From Bacilli bacterium (GTDB lineage Bacteria; Bacillota_I; Bacilli_A; RF39; UBA660), in contig JBJEXX010000064.1 of NCBI GenBank assembly GCA_051886215.1, positions 1 through 44,450 of the forward strand: 44,450 nucleotides of DNA, read 5' to 3'. Below, one piece after another: positions 11,694-20,089 of the stretch. The first letter of the stretch is position 1; the number at the start of each line of letters is the position of its first letter. The position numbers and the translations under genes are program-made. A model generated the notes under the pieces. It worked only from the letters and a program-made list of their open reading frames with translations. It had not been told where the DNA came from and did no database searches.

Positions 11694-12527
11694 ATGAAAC
11701 ATAGTAGAATGAGAAGACGGAAAAAACTAATTTTAAAAAAATGGATTAAAATAATAATATTAATTATATTTTTAGCAATATTTATATTTTCTATTTTTAA
11801 AATATTTAAATGGAAACAAGATCAAAATAAAATAAAAGAAATTGAAAATAATTTAATTAAACCTATAGAAAAAACTGCAGATGAGAACAATAGTGAATTA
11901 ATAAATCCTCCTGATGATAAAGATAATGATTATTGGAATTATATAAAAATGGATATGCTTAATGTTGACTTTAATGAACTTAATAAAAAAAATAGTGATA
12001 CTATTGGTTGGGTAAAAGTTCAAGGCACAAATATAAACTATCCTGTTGTTCAGACATCAAATAATGAGTATTATTTGGATCATTCCTATGATAAAACTAA
12101 AAATGAAGCAGGTTGGGTATTTGCTGATTATAGAAACGATTTTAATAATTTTGATAAAAATACTGTTATTTATGCACATGGTAGACTTGATACAACTATG
12201 TTTGGTAGTCTTAAAAATATTTTAGATAGTTCTTGGTATGATAATAAAAATAATCATGTCGTAAAATTTTCAACACCTAATGAAAATACCTTATGGCAAG
12301 TTTTCTCTGTTTATACTATAAAAGCAGAAAGCTATTATATTACAACGAAATTTTCTTCAGATAAAAATTTTAAAGATTTTATAAATACATTAAAAAGTAG
12401 AAGTAAAGTACAATTTAGTGCAGAAGTTAATGAAAAAGATAAAATATTAACATTATCAACTTGTAAAGATAATAATGGAAATAGAGTTGTAATGCATGCG
12501 AAATTAATAAAAATTGAAAATAGATAA
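11694..12527 (+). CDS. srtB: class B sortase
   Basis: 277 aa with an N-terminal TM. SrtB-type blocks TIGWVKVQGTNINYPVVQ, VIYAHG, catalytic LTLSTC and a downstream conserved R (NRVVMHAKL). Confidence 0.85.
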   Translation: MKHSRMRRRKKLILKKWIKIIILIIFLAIFIFSIFKIFKWKQDQNKIKEIENNLIKPIEKTADENNSELINPPDDKDNDYWNYIKMDMLNVDFNELNKKNSDTIGWVKVQGTNINYPVVQTSNNEYYLDHSYDKTKNEAGWVFADYRNDFNNFDKNTVIYAHGRLDTTMFGSLKNILDSSWYDNKNNHVVKFSTPNENTLWQVFSVYTIKAESYYITTKFSSDKNFKDFINTLKSRSKVQFSAEVNEKDKILTLSTCKDNNGNRVVMHAKLIKIENR

Positions 12528-12559
12528 AAAAAATACTTAGATAATTCTAAGTATTTTTA
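12526..12559. terminator. bidirectional rho-independent terminator between the convergent srtB and surface-protein genes
   Basis: 9-bp stem AATACTTAG (12532-12540) / CTAAGTATT (12547-12555), with an A-run upstream and a T-run downstream. Confidence 0.7.
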
Positions 12560-13372
12560 TTAATTATTTTTTATTAAACTTTTTGTAGTTATTCCAACAA
12601 CACTTAATCCTATAACTGCTAAAGCAACATATAATATTATATTATCAGATGTATTAGGATTCTTTTCAGTATCTGTAGTTGTTTCTCCATTAGATGGTTC
12701 ATTATCTTCTGGAGTTACTGGAGTTGGAAGAACTGTCCATATATTTAATGCTTTTTGAAGTGGTCTTTGTGCATCATTATTATTTCCACCATATATCCAC
12801 ATAGTTCTCAATACAGTTGGTTTAACACCTGTATCTGCATGTTTAAACTCATATGCTGAAACTAATTCTCCAACTTCTTGACCATAGTTATCAATTGTAA
12901 ATTTACCAGTTACACTACCATCATTAGATTTTGTAAAAGTCCAAGTATAGGTATAAATTCCTGATTCATTAATTTCAATTGCATCACCATAGTTTGTCCA
13001 AGGTGAAGTAATAATTGCTCCATCTTCATTTACAGTAGTAATAATTTGAAAATCTGATACATAATTTGGATATTCTGGATTACCTTCTTCTTCACCAACA
13101 TTTGAAGTGATTGTAAAAGTAGAATCTTTTAGACTTTCTAAATCAAGTTCTACATTTACAGACATACTAGTTCCATCTTCAGTAATTTCAGTTCCTGCAT
13201 AGCTTTTATTAATTATTCCACTACCATCTGTTCCAATAGTAATTTTATCACCTGAAATTGAAAAAGTTGTATCCATATAACCTGTCCAATTACTTTCTGC
13301 ACTAACTGTTGGTACCATGATACCAAATGCAAGAGCAATGGCAAATAATCCTCCTAAGATTCTTTTTTTCAT
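12560..13372 (-). CDS. secreted surface protein with NPNTS sorting signal (putative sortase B substrate)
   Basis: ATG 13372 is preceded by GAAAGGAGGAAATATGTA. Signal peptide MKKRILGGLFAIALAFGIMVPTVSA. The C-terminus has NPNTS (12647-12661), then a hydrophobic segment and a KSLIKNN tail. The ORF-track start at 13441 is an unsupported N-terminal extension. Confidence 0.8.
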   Translation of the reverse strand: MKKRILGGLFAIALAFGIMVPTVSAESNWTGYMDTTFSISGDKITIGTDGSGIINKSYAGTEITEDGTSMSVNVELDLESLKDSTFTITSNVGEEEGNPEYPNYVSDFQIITTVNEDGAIITSPWTNYGDAIEINESGIYTYTWTFTKSNDGSVTGKFTIDNYGQEVGELVSAYEFKHADTGVKPTVLRTMWIYGGNNNDAQRPLQKALNIWTVLPTPVTPEDNEPSNGETTTDTEKNPNTSDNIILYVALAVIGLSVVGITTKSLIKNN

Positions 13373-13585
13373 TACATATTTCCTCCTTTCTATATACTTC
13401 TTCACAGGTGTGAGTTTATATTCACTATTGTATGATATCATTATTATAAATAAAAATTTGTCGAAAATAATTTTCTAAACAAAATTTTTTATTTATATTC
13501 AAACTATAGTAACTAACTCTCACACTATTGTGATTTTTGAATAGTGAAAATACTGCTACCACTATTACAAACTTATTATAAAATA

Positions 13586-13594
13586 CCCCCCCCC
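13586..13594. repeat. C9/G9 homopolymer tract
   Basis: Nine consecutive C, read directly from the sequence, in an otherwise extremely AT-rich intergenic region. Confidence 0.95.
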
Positions 13595-13596
13595 GT

Positions 13597-13635
13597 TGTC
13601 AACAATTAGTTAACTTTTTGTTAACTGATTTGACA
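13597..13635 (-). terminator. imperfect 16-18 bp palindrome: putative terminator of the HerA-like gene or an operator site
   Basis: TGTCAACAATTAGTTAAC (13597-13614), loop TTTTT, GTTAACTGATTTGACA (13620-13635). It lies 26 nt downstream of the stop at 13661 on the minus strand. Confidence 0.4.
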
Positions 13636-13660
13636 TAAAGGCAAAGAAATTATCATTTTT

Positions 13661-15457
13661 TTAAGCATGCCATTTATTTTTTACATCACAGTTTTCAGAT
13701 TGTGGTGCAGGATTAGGCATATCCATTTTTATAATTAGTGGTACTTTGAATGCTGTACCAAAACCTAAGCAAGTACCAGATTGTAGAGATTTTTGTTTTT
13801 CTACTATTTCATCTGTTATATTTGGTAACATCTTTTTAATATAATCAACATCCATTGGATGGGTCATTTTAAATATTAAGAAATTAGAACATTGAGAAAG
13901 AACTGTATCACTCATTTCAACTGGTCTTTGAGTAATTATACCTAAAATAAGTGCATATTTACGTCCTTCTTTAGCTATTCTATCAAAGATATTATAACCA
14001 ATTATATAATGGTCTTTATCTTGCTGAATATATCTATGAGCTTCTTCTATAAAAATATGTATTGGTATAGAACCTCTATCTTTTATTACTTTTGTAAATT
14101 CAAATAACATTCTTGAAAATATTTTAGTAATTGCTTTAGCAAAAGAGTCGTCTACATCATTAAAGTTTATATTTACTATTTGATATTTTTGATTTCCTTT
14201 AACTAATAAACTTGATATAAAAGTTTTTATATCAACATTTTCTTTATAATCAAAGAATTTAGCATTAGGTCCAGTTAATAAATCATGAAGTCTTACTCTA
14301 AGTGTAGTTGCATCTGAATAAGTATTTTCATTTCTCAACCAACCATCTGATATTAGGGTAAAGTTTAAAGCTTTTTCTAAATCATCCAAAGTATAGAATC
14401 CATTTTTTGGGGGTTTATAATTTTCATATTCTTTCTTTAAAAAGTTTTGCACATATTCTGTTAATAAAATTATTTCTGATAATTGTCCATTATTATCAAT
14501 TAAAAAACATTCTCTAAATTTTCTAGTATATCCAATTCCAGGTATTATAGCTTCTAAATTAAAATTATCTGTTGAACAAGATTCTAAAATTGAAAATATT
14601 TCATCTCTTTTAGAAGCTGATGTAGAATTACTATAAAGAATAGTCATAACAGCTTTTGCAATAATATAATCTTTATAACCATTTGATTTATCATCATTTT
14701 GAGCAAAGCATCTAGCTAAATCTAATGTTTTTTGAATAATTGCAAGTTGTGAATGATTAGAACATTCAAGTAGTAAAGTTAAATCTTCACTATTAAGTAA
14801 ATACGGAGGAATAGCTAATTGTTCTCCTTGACCTGCATCAGTTTCACTTGTTGTTATAAATCTATAATTATAGTTAGGATTTATTCTATTTAAGGAACTA
14901 AAAGCATTATAATATTCTCCTGATGCATCAAATAAGAAGATATTTGATCTAAAAGGAAATATTTCTTCACTGCCAAATAAATTTTGAATAATTCTTGATA
15001 TACCACAAGTTTTACCACTACCACTATTACCAAAAATTGCAAAGTGATTACTAAAAAACTCATTAACATTAATAAATATTGGTGATGAATGATAATAAGG
15101 ACTATTACCTATTAATAAATTATTTTCATTATGTTCCCCAATAATTAAAGGCACTTCACTATCGGATATTATTCTAACAATGGAATCTAGAGTTGGTTTA
15201 TGTATAACTCCACCATATAAAACATTATTAATTATTTCACCTAAAAATCTGATAGTAACAATCTGTCCATCAATATTATCTACTTCTCCTAAAACTTTAA
15301 TATCTCCATTTTCAAATATAACATGCATATTCATAACATCTGTAGTAACACCTGTGCCAATCTCTACATTTGGATCTACATTTAAATAATTGTTATTACC
15401 AGCACCCATTTCAACTTTGGCACCATTATTACTAATATTTAGTATTCTACCAAACAT
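13661..15457 (-). CDS. HerA/DUF87-like P-loop ATPase with N-terminal HAS-barrel-like region
   Basis: 598 aa. Walker A FGNSGSGKT, Walker B-like IHIFIEEAHRY, and RKYALILGIITQRPVEMSDTVLSQCSNFLIFKM, which is typical of HerA-type ATPases. Confidence 0.75.
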   Translation of the reverse strand: MFGRILNISNNGAKVEMGAGNNNYLNVDPNVEIGTGVTTDVMNMHVIFENGDIKVLGEVDNIDGQIVTIRFLGEIINNVLYGGVIHKPTLDSIVRIISDSEVPLIIGEHNENNLLIGNSPYYHSSPIFINVNEFFSNHFAIFGNSGSGKTCGISRIIQNLFGSEEIFPFRSNIFLFDASGEYYNAFSSLNRINPNYNYRFITTSETDAGQGEQLAIPPYLLNSEDLTLLLECSNHSQLAIIQKTLDLARCFAQNDDKSNGYKDYIIAKAVMTILYSNSTSASKRDEIFSILESCSTDNFNLEAIIPGIGYTRKFRECFLIDNNGQLSEIILLTEYVQNFLKKEYENYKPPKNGFYTLDDLEKALNFTLISDGWLRNENTYSDATTLRVRLHDLLTGPNAKFFDYKENVDIKTFISSLLVKGNQKYQIVNINFNDVDDSFAKAITKIFSRMLFEFTKVIKDRGSIPIHIFIEEAHRYIQQDKDHYIIGYNIFDRIAKEGRKYALILGIITQRPVEMSDTVLSQCSNFLIFKMTHPMDVDYIKKMLPNITDEIVEKQKSLQSGTCLGFGTAFKVPLIIKMDMPNPAPQSENCDVKNKWHA

Positions 15458-15474
15458 CTAACCAACTCCTTCTT

Positions 15475-15768
15475 TTATAATAATTCTTCTATTTCCTTTA
15501 ATTCTTTTTCTTCTAGCTTGTTTCCTATTATACTTATAATTTTATTCTTTTTTTGATATAATTGCAAGATGTTTTCATATTCATTTAATCTTTTTTCCGC
15601 TATTTTTAATTGATTGAATACTGCATTTCTCGATACATTATAATTTTCCGCAATTTCTCCTAATGATAAGTTATTAAAATAATATTCTTCAAAATATAAT
15701 CTTTGTTTTTCTGTTAATAAATTTTGATAATAATCATATAAATTATTTAAATAAAGCATTTTATCCAT
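15475..15768 (-). CDS. ylxM: UPF0122 / YlxM putative HTH protein
   Basis: 97 aa. LYDYYQNLLTEKQRLYFEEYYFNNLSLGEIAENYNVSRNAVFNQLK closely parallels B. subtilis YlxM. Confidence 0.9.
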   Translation of the reverse strand: MDKMLYLNNLYDYYQNLLTEKQRLYFEEYYFNNLSLGEIAENYNVSRNAVFNQLKIAEKRLNEYENILQLYQKKNKIISIIGNKLEEKELKEIEELL

Positions 15769-15776
15769 TTTATCAC

Positions 15777-16070
15777 CTAAAATTTAATAATTGATTTTAT
15801 TGTTATTATAATCATTATTAAAGCCATAATTAAATATATTAAAGTAAAATTTTTTCTTTTATATATTTTGGCATTATTATATGATAATACTAATAATACT
15901 AAAGTTATAAGTGCTTCTAAAATTATTAAAAATATTCCTTGTTTAAAACAACATATTACCATAAATATCATAACTAATATAGTTAATAAAAATTGTATAA
16001 CTACTGTTGGTAAGTTTAAGATAACATTATTACTAGTTTCTTTATTGTATTTTTTATTTTTCTTACTCAT
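15777..16070 (-). CDS. small hypothetical membrane protein (3 TM)
   Basis: 97-aa ORF wedged between ftsY and ylxM with 8-nt gaps on either side. Strongly hydrophobic. Confidence 0.5.
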   Translation of the reverse strand: MSKKNKKYNKETSNNVILNLPTVVIQFLLTILVMIFMVICCFKQGIFLIILEALITLVLLVLSYNNAKIYKRKNFTLIYLIMALIMIIITIKSIIKF

Positions 16071-16078
16071 ATTTCCTC

Positions 16079-17059
16079 CTAAAGCATATCTTTAAATAAT
16101 CCATATATATATTTTTCAATATCAAACACTTCTAAATCATCCTTTGTTTCACCAAGTCCAATATATTTTACAGGAATATTTACTTCTTCTTTTATAGCTA
16201 GTACTATTCCTCCTTTAGCAGTACCATCTAGTTTTGTTAAAACTATTCCTGTAATATTAGTAATTTCTTTAAAACTCTTAGCTTGAGATATTCCATTTTG
16301 TCCTGTAGTAGCATCTAGTACTAACAAAGTTTCGTGAGGTGCGTTTTCTATAATATTAGAAATTACTTTATTCATTTTTTCTAATTCTTTCATTAGATTG
16401 ACTTTATTTTGAAGACGTCCTGCGGTATCAATAAAAACAACATCATAGTTTTCTTCTTTGGCTTTGGTAACTCCATCATATACAACAGAAGATGGATCTG
16501 CTCCCTCACCTTTACCTAAAAAGTCAACTCCAATACGTTCACTCCACTCTTTTAATTGTTGTGTAGCTCCCGCTCTAAAAGTATCTCCCGCAACTAATAA
16601 TACTTTTTTTCCTTTTTCTTTTTCTTTATTAGCAAGTTTAGCAATAGTAGTAGTTTTTCCTACTCCATTTACTCCTACCATTAAAATTATAGTAGGTCCT
16701 TTTTCAGCATAATTAATTTTATTAACTATTACATCATCATTTACATATATAATAAATAATTCATCTACAATAATTTCTTTTAATTCTTCACTATCAGTTA
16801 TATGTTCATGTTTTACACGATCTTTTAATCTATCAATAAAATTCATTACAGTATTAACACCAAGATCTGCCATAATTAAAATTTCTTCTAATTCATCGAA
16901 ATAGTCATCTGTAATTTTTTTATATTTATTAGTAAGACTAACTAATTTTGATACAAATCCTTCTCTTGATTTAGTTAATCCTTTTTCATAAGTTTCTACT
17001 TTTTTTAATTCTTGTGAATTATTTTTAAAAATTCCTTTTATCTTATTAAAAATCCCCAT
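16079..17059 (-). CDS. ftsY: signal recognition particle receptor
   Basis: 326 aa. SRP-GTPase motifs GVNGVGKTTT, DTAGR and TKLDGTAKGG. Confidence 0.95.
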   Translation of the reverse strand: MGIFNKIKGIFKNNSQELKKVETYEKGLTKSREGFVSKLVSLTNKYKKITDDYFDELEEILIMADLGVNTVMNFIDRLKDRVKHEHITDSEELKEIIVDELFIIYVNDDVIVNKINYAEKGPTIILMVGVNGVGKTTTIAKLANKEKEKGKKVLLVAGDTFRAGATQQLKEWSERIGVDFLGKGEGADPSSVVYDGVTKAKEENYDVVFIDTAGRLQNKVNLMKELEKMNKVISNIIENAPHETLLVLDATTGQNGISQAKSFKEITNITGIVLTKLDGTAKGGIVLAIKEEVNIPVKYIGLGETKDDLEVFDIEKYIYGLFKDML

Positions 17060-17167
17060 AATACCTCCTGTATTTATTTATATGTTTCTTTATATATTGT
17101 ACCATATATTTATATTTGTTTTCTATAATATTTGCTAAAATAAGCAATTTGTGTTAAAATATGCTTC

Positions 17168-17875
17168 ATGGTGGCTGGTATGAATATTTATAGAAAAAAG
17201 AGTTTTTATGATAATTTAACTTTTGATTATTCGGGTACAAATTCTAAATTATATATAAATGAGTTTAATTTATTAGATAAAGTAATTATAGAATATGATG
17301 AAAATAGAGAAAATAAAAATAATGAATTATTAAAACGTCAAGAAAATATAAAAAATACCTCTATATTATTAGGTAATTTGTATATTAATAATATATGTTT
17401 TGGAGCAGTATTACCTTTTTTTGATAATCATAATGATTTTAGTATTATTCAATCATCATTAGATTATGATTTAAAATTTCATAAATTAAATGAATTTATT
17501 GATAATGTTACTGAACTTGAAAATAACTTTATTTATCCACAAGATATAACTTGTTTAAAAAATACTTTAATTTCTAAAAGTACTGGTAAAATAGAACTAA
17601 TTGATTTAACTGATTTTATGACTGATATATGTGATAATGAAAATAATTATTTATATAGTGTAGTTAATAAGCGTTTAAAATTAGTTTTATTAAATACTTT
17701 AACTTATCCTTTATTAAATAGAAAAGTACATAGTTACGATGATTTAAATAAATTAAATATTAATGACAATATAGTTAATATAATTAAAAATGTTAAAACT
17801 AATGAAGAATTAAAAAAATTTAATGAATTGACATATAAAGACAAAGTATTTTCTAAAATATTAATTAGAAAATAG
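17168..17875 (+). CDS. hypothetical protein
   Basis: 235-aa ORF. The start may instead be ATG 17180 (MNIYRKK). No confident domain. Confidence 0.5.
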   Translation: MVAGMNIYRKKSFYDNLTFDYSGTNSKLYINEFNLLDKVIIEYDENRENKNNELLKRQENIKNTSILLGNLYINNICFGAVLPFFDNHNDFSIIQSSLDYDLKFHKLNEFIDNVTELENNFIYPQDITCLKNTLISKSTGKIELIDLTDFMTDICDNENNYLYSVVNKRLKLVLLNTLTYPLLNRKVHSYDDLNKLNINDNIVNIIKNVKTNEELKKFNELTYKDKVFSKILIRK

Positions 17876-17940
17876 ACAAATAATTTAATTAATAGTATAA
17901 TCTATATGTTAGTTCTTAATAAAAGAAAGGAGTTTATATA

Positions 17941-19611
17941 ATGAATAAACCAATTGAAACAAAAGTTGTTGTTTTAGGTGGTTTAGGTGAAGTCGGTAAA
18001 AACATGTATTGTGTAATGCATGGTGATGAAATTATTATTATTGATGCGGGTATAAGTTTTCCTGAAGGAGACTTATTAGGAATAGATTATGTTATTCCTG
18101 ATTATACATTTTTAAAAGAAAATGAAGATAAAATTAAAGCTTTGATTATAACTCATGGACATGAAGATCATATTGGATCTATTCCATTTTTAGTACAAAA
18201 TGTTAATATTCCTGAAATATATGCACCTAATCAAGCTAAAGAATTGATTGCTTTAAAATTAGAAGATAGAAATATAAGATATGATAATTTATTTGTATAT
18301 ACCGAAGATACTAAACTAAAATATAAAAATATTGAAGTAGAGTTTTTTAGAACAACGCACTCAATACCAGATTCTCATGGAATTAGTATTACAACACCTA
18401 ACGGTAGAATTGTAACAACAGGAGATTTTAAATTTGATTTAACTCCTATTGGACCTATGGCTGATTTACATAAAATGGCTGAGATTGGTAAAAAGGGTGT
18501 TGATCTTTTAATAAGTGATAGTACTAATGCTTTAAATGAAGGTATGTCTACTAGTGAGTCTAAAGTAGATGGTGCCTTAAATGATATTTTTGATAGATAT
18601 AGTCATACTAGAATTATAATAGCAACTTTTGCATCTAATATTTACAGATTAAAACATATAATTGAAACTTGTTATAAACATAATAGAAAAGTTTGTGTAT
18701 TTGGAAGAAGTATGGAAAATAATATAGATATTTCTATTAAAGGAGGATATATAAATCATAAAGAACTAATTGTTTCTCCTGAGGTAGCCAATACTTTAAA
18801 ACCAAGTGAAGTTTGTATTCTTTGTACTGGTAGCCAAGGTGAACCTCTTGCGGCTTTATCAAGAATCGCAGCAGGTAATCACAAACAAATACATTTAAGA
18901 CCAGATGACATCGTTATATTTTCATCAAGTGCCATTCCAGGTAATGCTTTGAGTATTTCAAAAACAATTAATAAATTATATTTACGTGGAGTAAAAGTAT
19001 TTACGACTACTACATTAAATTCTTTACATACTTCAGGACATGCTAATCAAGAAGAATTAAAGTTAATGATTAGACTTATTATGCCAAAGTACTTAATGCC
19101 ATTCCATGGTGATTATAGAATGCTTAAAATGCATGCGAATGTTGGTATTGAATGTGGAATACCTAAAGAAAATACTTTTGTAATCCAAAATGGCGATACG
19201 TTAAATTTAGTTAATCATGTTATTACTAAAGGAGAACATATTGAAGCTGGAGAAGTATTTGTAGATGGTAATCGTGTTGGTGAAATATCTTCTGCAGTAA
19301 TACGTGATAGAAAAACAATGAGTAATGATGGAATATTGGTAGTTATTGCTAATATAAATATGAAGGAAAGAAAATTATTAATTAAACCTAATATAACTAC
19401 TCGAGGATTTATTTTAGTTAATGAAAATGAAGAATTAATAAGAAAAATAGAAGGTATCGCTACTACTTCTATAAATAAAAAACTTATTGATCCTAAGGCT
19501 GGTTTTAATGAAATAAAATCACAAATAACAGCAGATTTATTTCCAAGTATTTATGAATTAACAGGAAGAAAACCTATAATTTTACCTGTAATATTAGATA
19601 TAAGAAAATAG
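17941..19611 (+). CDS. rnj: ribonuclease J
   Basis: 556 aa. Metallo-beta-lactamase HGHEDHIG, beta-CASP region and a C-terminal domain. AAGGAG lies upstream of the ATG. Confidence 0.93.
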   Translation: MNKPIETKVVVLGGLGEVGKNMYCVMHGDEIIIIDAGISFPEGDLLGIDYVIPDYTFLKENEDKIKALIITHGHEDHIGSIPFLVQNVNIPEIYAPNQAKELIALKLEDRNIRYDNLFVYTEDTKLKYKNIEVEFFRTTHSIPDSHGISITTPNGRIVTTGDFKFDLTPIGPMADLHKMAEIGKKGVDLLISDSTNALNEGMSTSESKVDGALNDIFDRYSHTRIIIATFASNIYRLKHIIETCYKHNRKVCVFGRSMENNIDISIKGGYINHKELIVSPEVANTLKPSEVCILCTGSQGEPLAALSRIAAGNHKQIHLRPDDIVIFSSSAIPGNALSISKTINKLYLRGVKVFTTTTLNSLHTSGHANQEELKLMIRLIMPKYLMPFHGDYRMLKMHANVGIECGIPKENTFVIQNGDTLNLVNHVITKGEHIEAGEVFVDGNRVGEISSAVIRDRKTMSNDGILVVIANINMKERKLLIKPNITTRGFILVNENEELIRKIEGIATTSINKKLIDPKAGFNEIKSQITADLFPSIYELTGRKPIILPVILDIRK

Positions 19612-19637
19612 TAAGAACATTCTTACTATTTTTTTTA
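19611..19637 (+). terminator. rho-independent terminator of rnj
   Basis: GTAAGAA-CA-TTCTTAC hairpin (19611-19626) followed by TATTTTTTTT. Confidence 0.75.
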
Positions 19638-19650
19638 TTAAAAAGAACCT

Positions 19651-20037
19651 TTATATTAAGGTTCCTAATTTTTTAACTTTTGCTTTTCCTTTTTCGTTAT
19701 CTCTTTTTACAGCTTTTTGATTTTTGAATATTTTAACAACATCGTATAATGTTACATATCCTTGATCTATTTGAATTCTATTGAATACATTTTTCTTTAC
19801 TGGTTCTGGAGCAACTACTGAAGTAACCCCTACTTTAGCTTCATTTAAGTTATTTATTACATCACTTATTTCTCTATTAGTAAATACTTCTCTATATTTA
19901 TCTCCAAATCTCTCAAAATATAAGTAATATTTTGAAGTTCTTATAAATTCTGAATGCTTAGCAAAAAGAGGTCTATACTTTTCTGTTATTCTAGCTTTAT
20001 AAAAATTATTTATTGAAATTTTTCTAGATTCATTCAT
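19651..20037 (-). CDS. hypothetical basic protein downstream of pcrA
   Basis: 128-aa ORF, co-directional with pcrA and 53 nt downstream of it. A GAACCTT/AAGGTTC hairpin (19645-19664) plus T-run lies at its 3' end. Confidence 0.5.
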   Translation of the reverse strand: MNESRKISINNFYKARITEKYRPLFAKHSEFIRTSKYYLYFERFGDKYREVFTNREISDVINNLNEAKVGVTSVVAPEPVKKNVFNRIQIDQGYVTLYDVVKIFKNQKAVKRDNEKGKAKVKKLGTLI

Positions 20038-20089
20038 ATACCTTACCTCCCTTAAAGGATATTATCATATCATAAATAGATGCTTTTTG

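Noticed and set aside
17168-17875. A protein-kinase-like catalytic loop in the 235-aa hypothetical protein (YPQDITCLKNTLI … IELIDLTDF).
   Set aside because: The His is replaced by Gln, the Asp-to-Asn spacing is off by one residue relative to HxDxxxxN, and there is no Gly-rich loop or VAIK-type Lys. The similarity is too weak to call.
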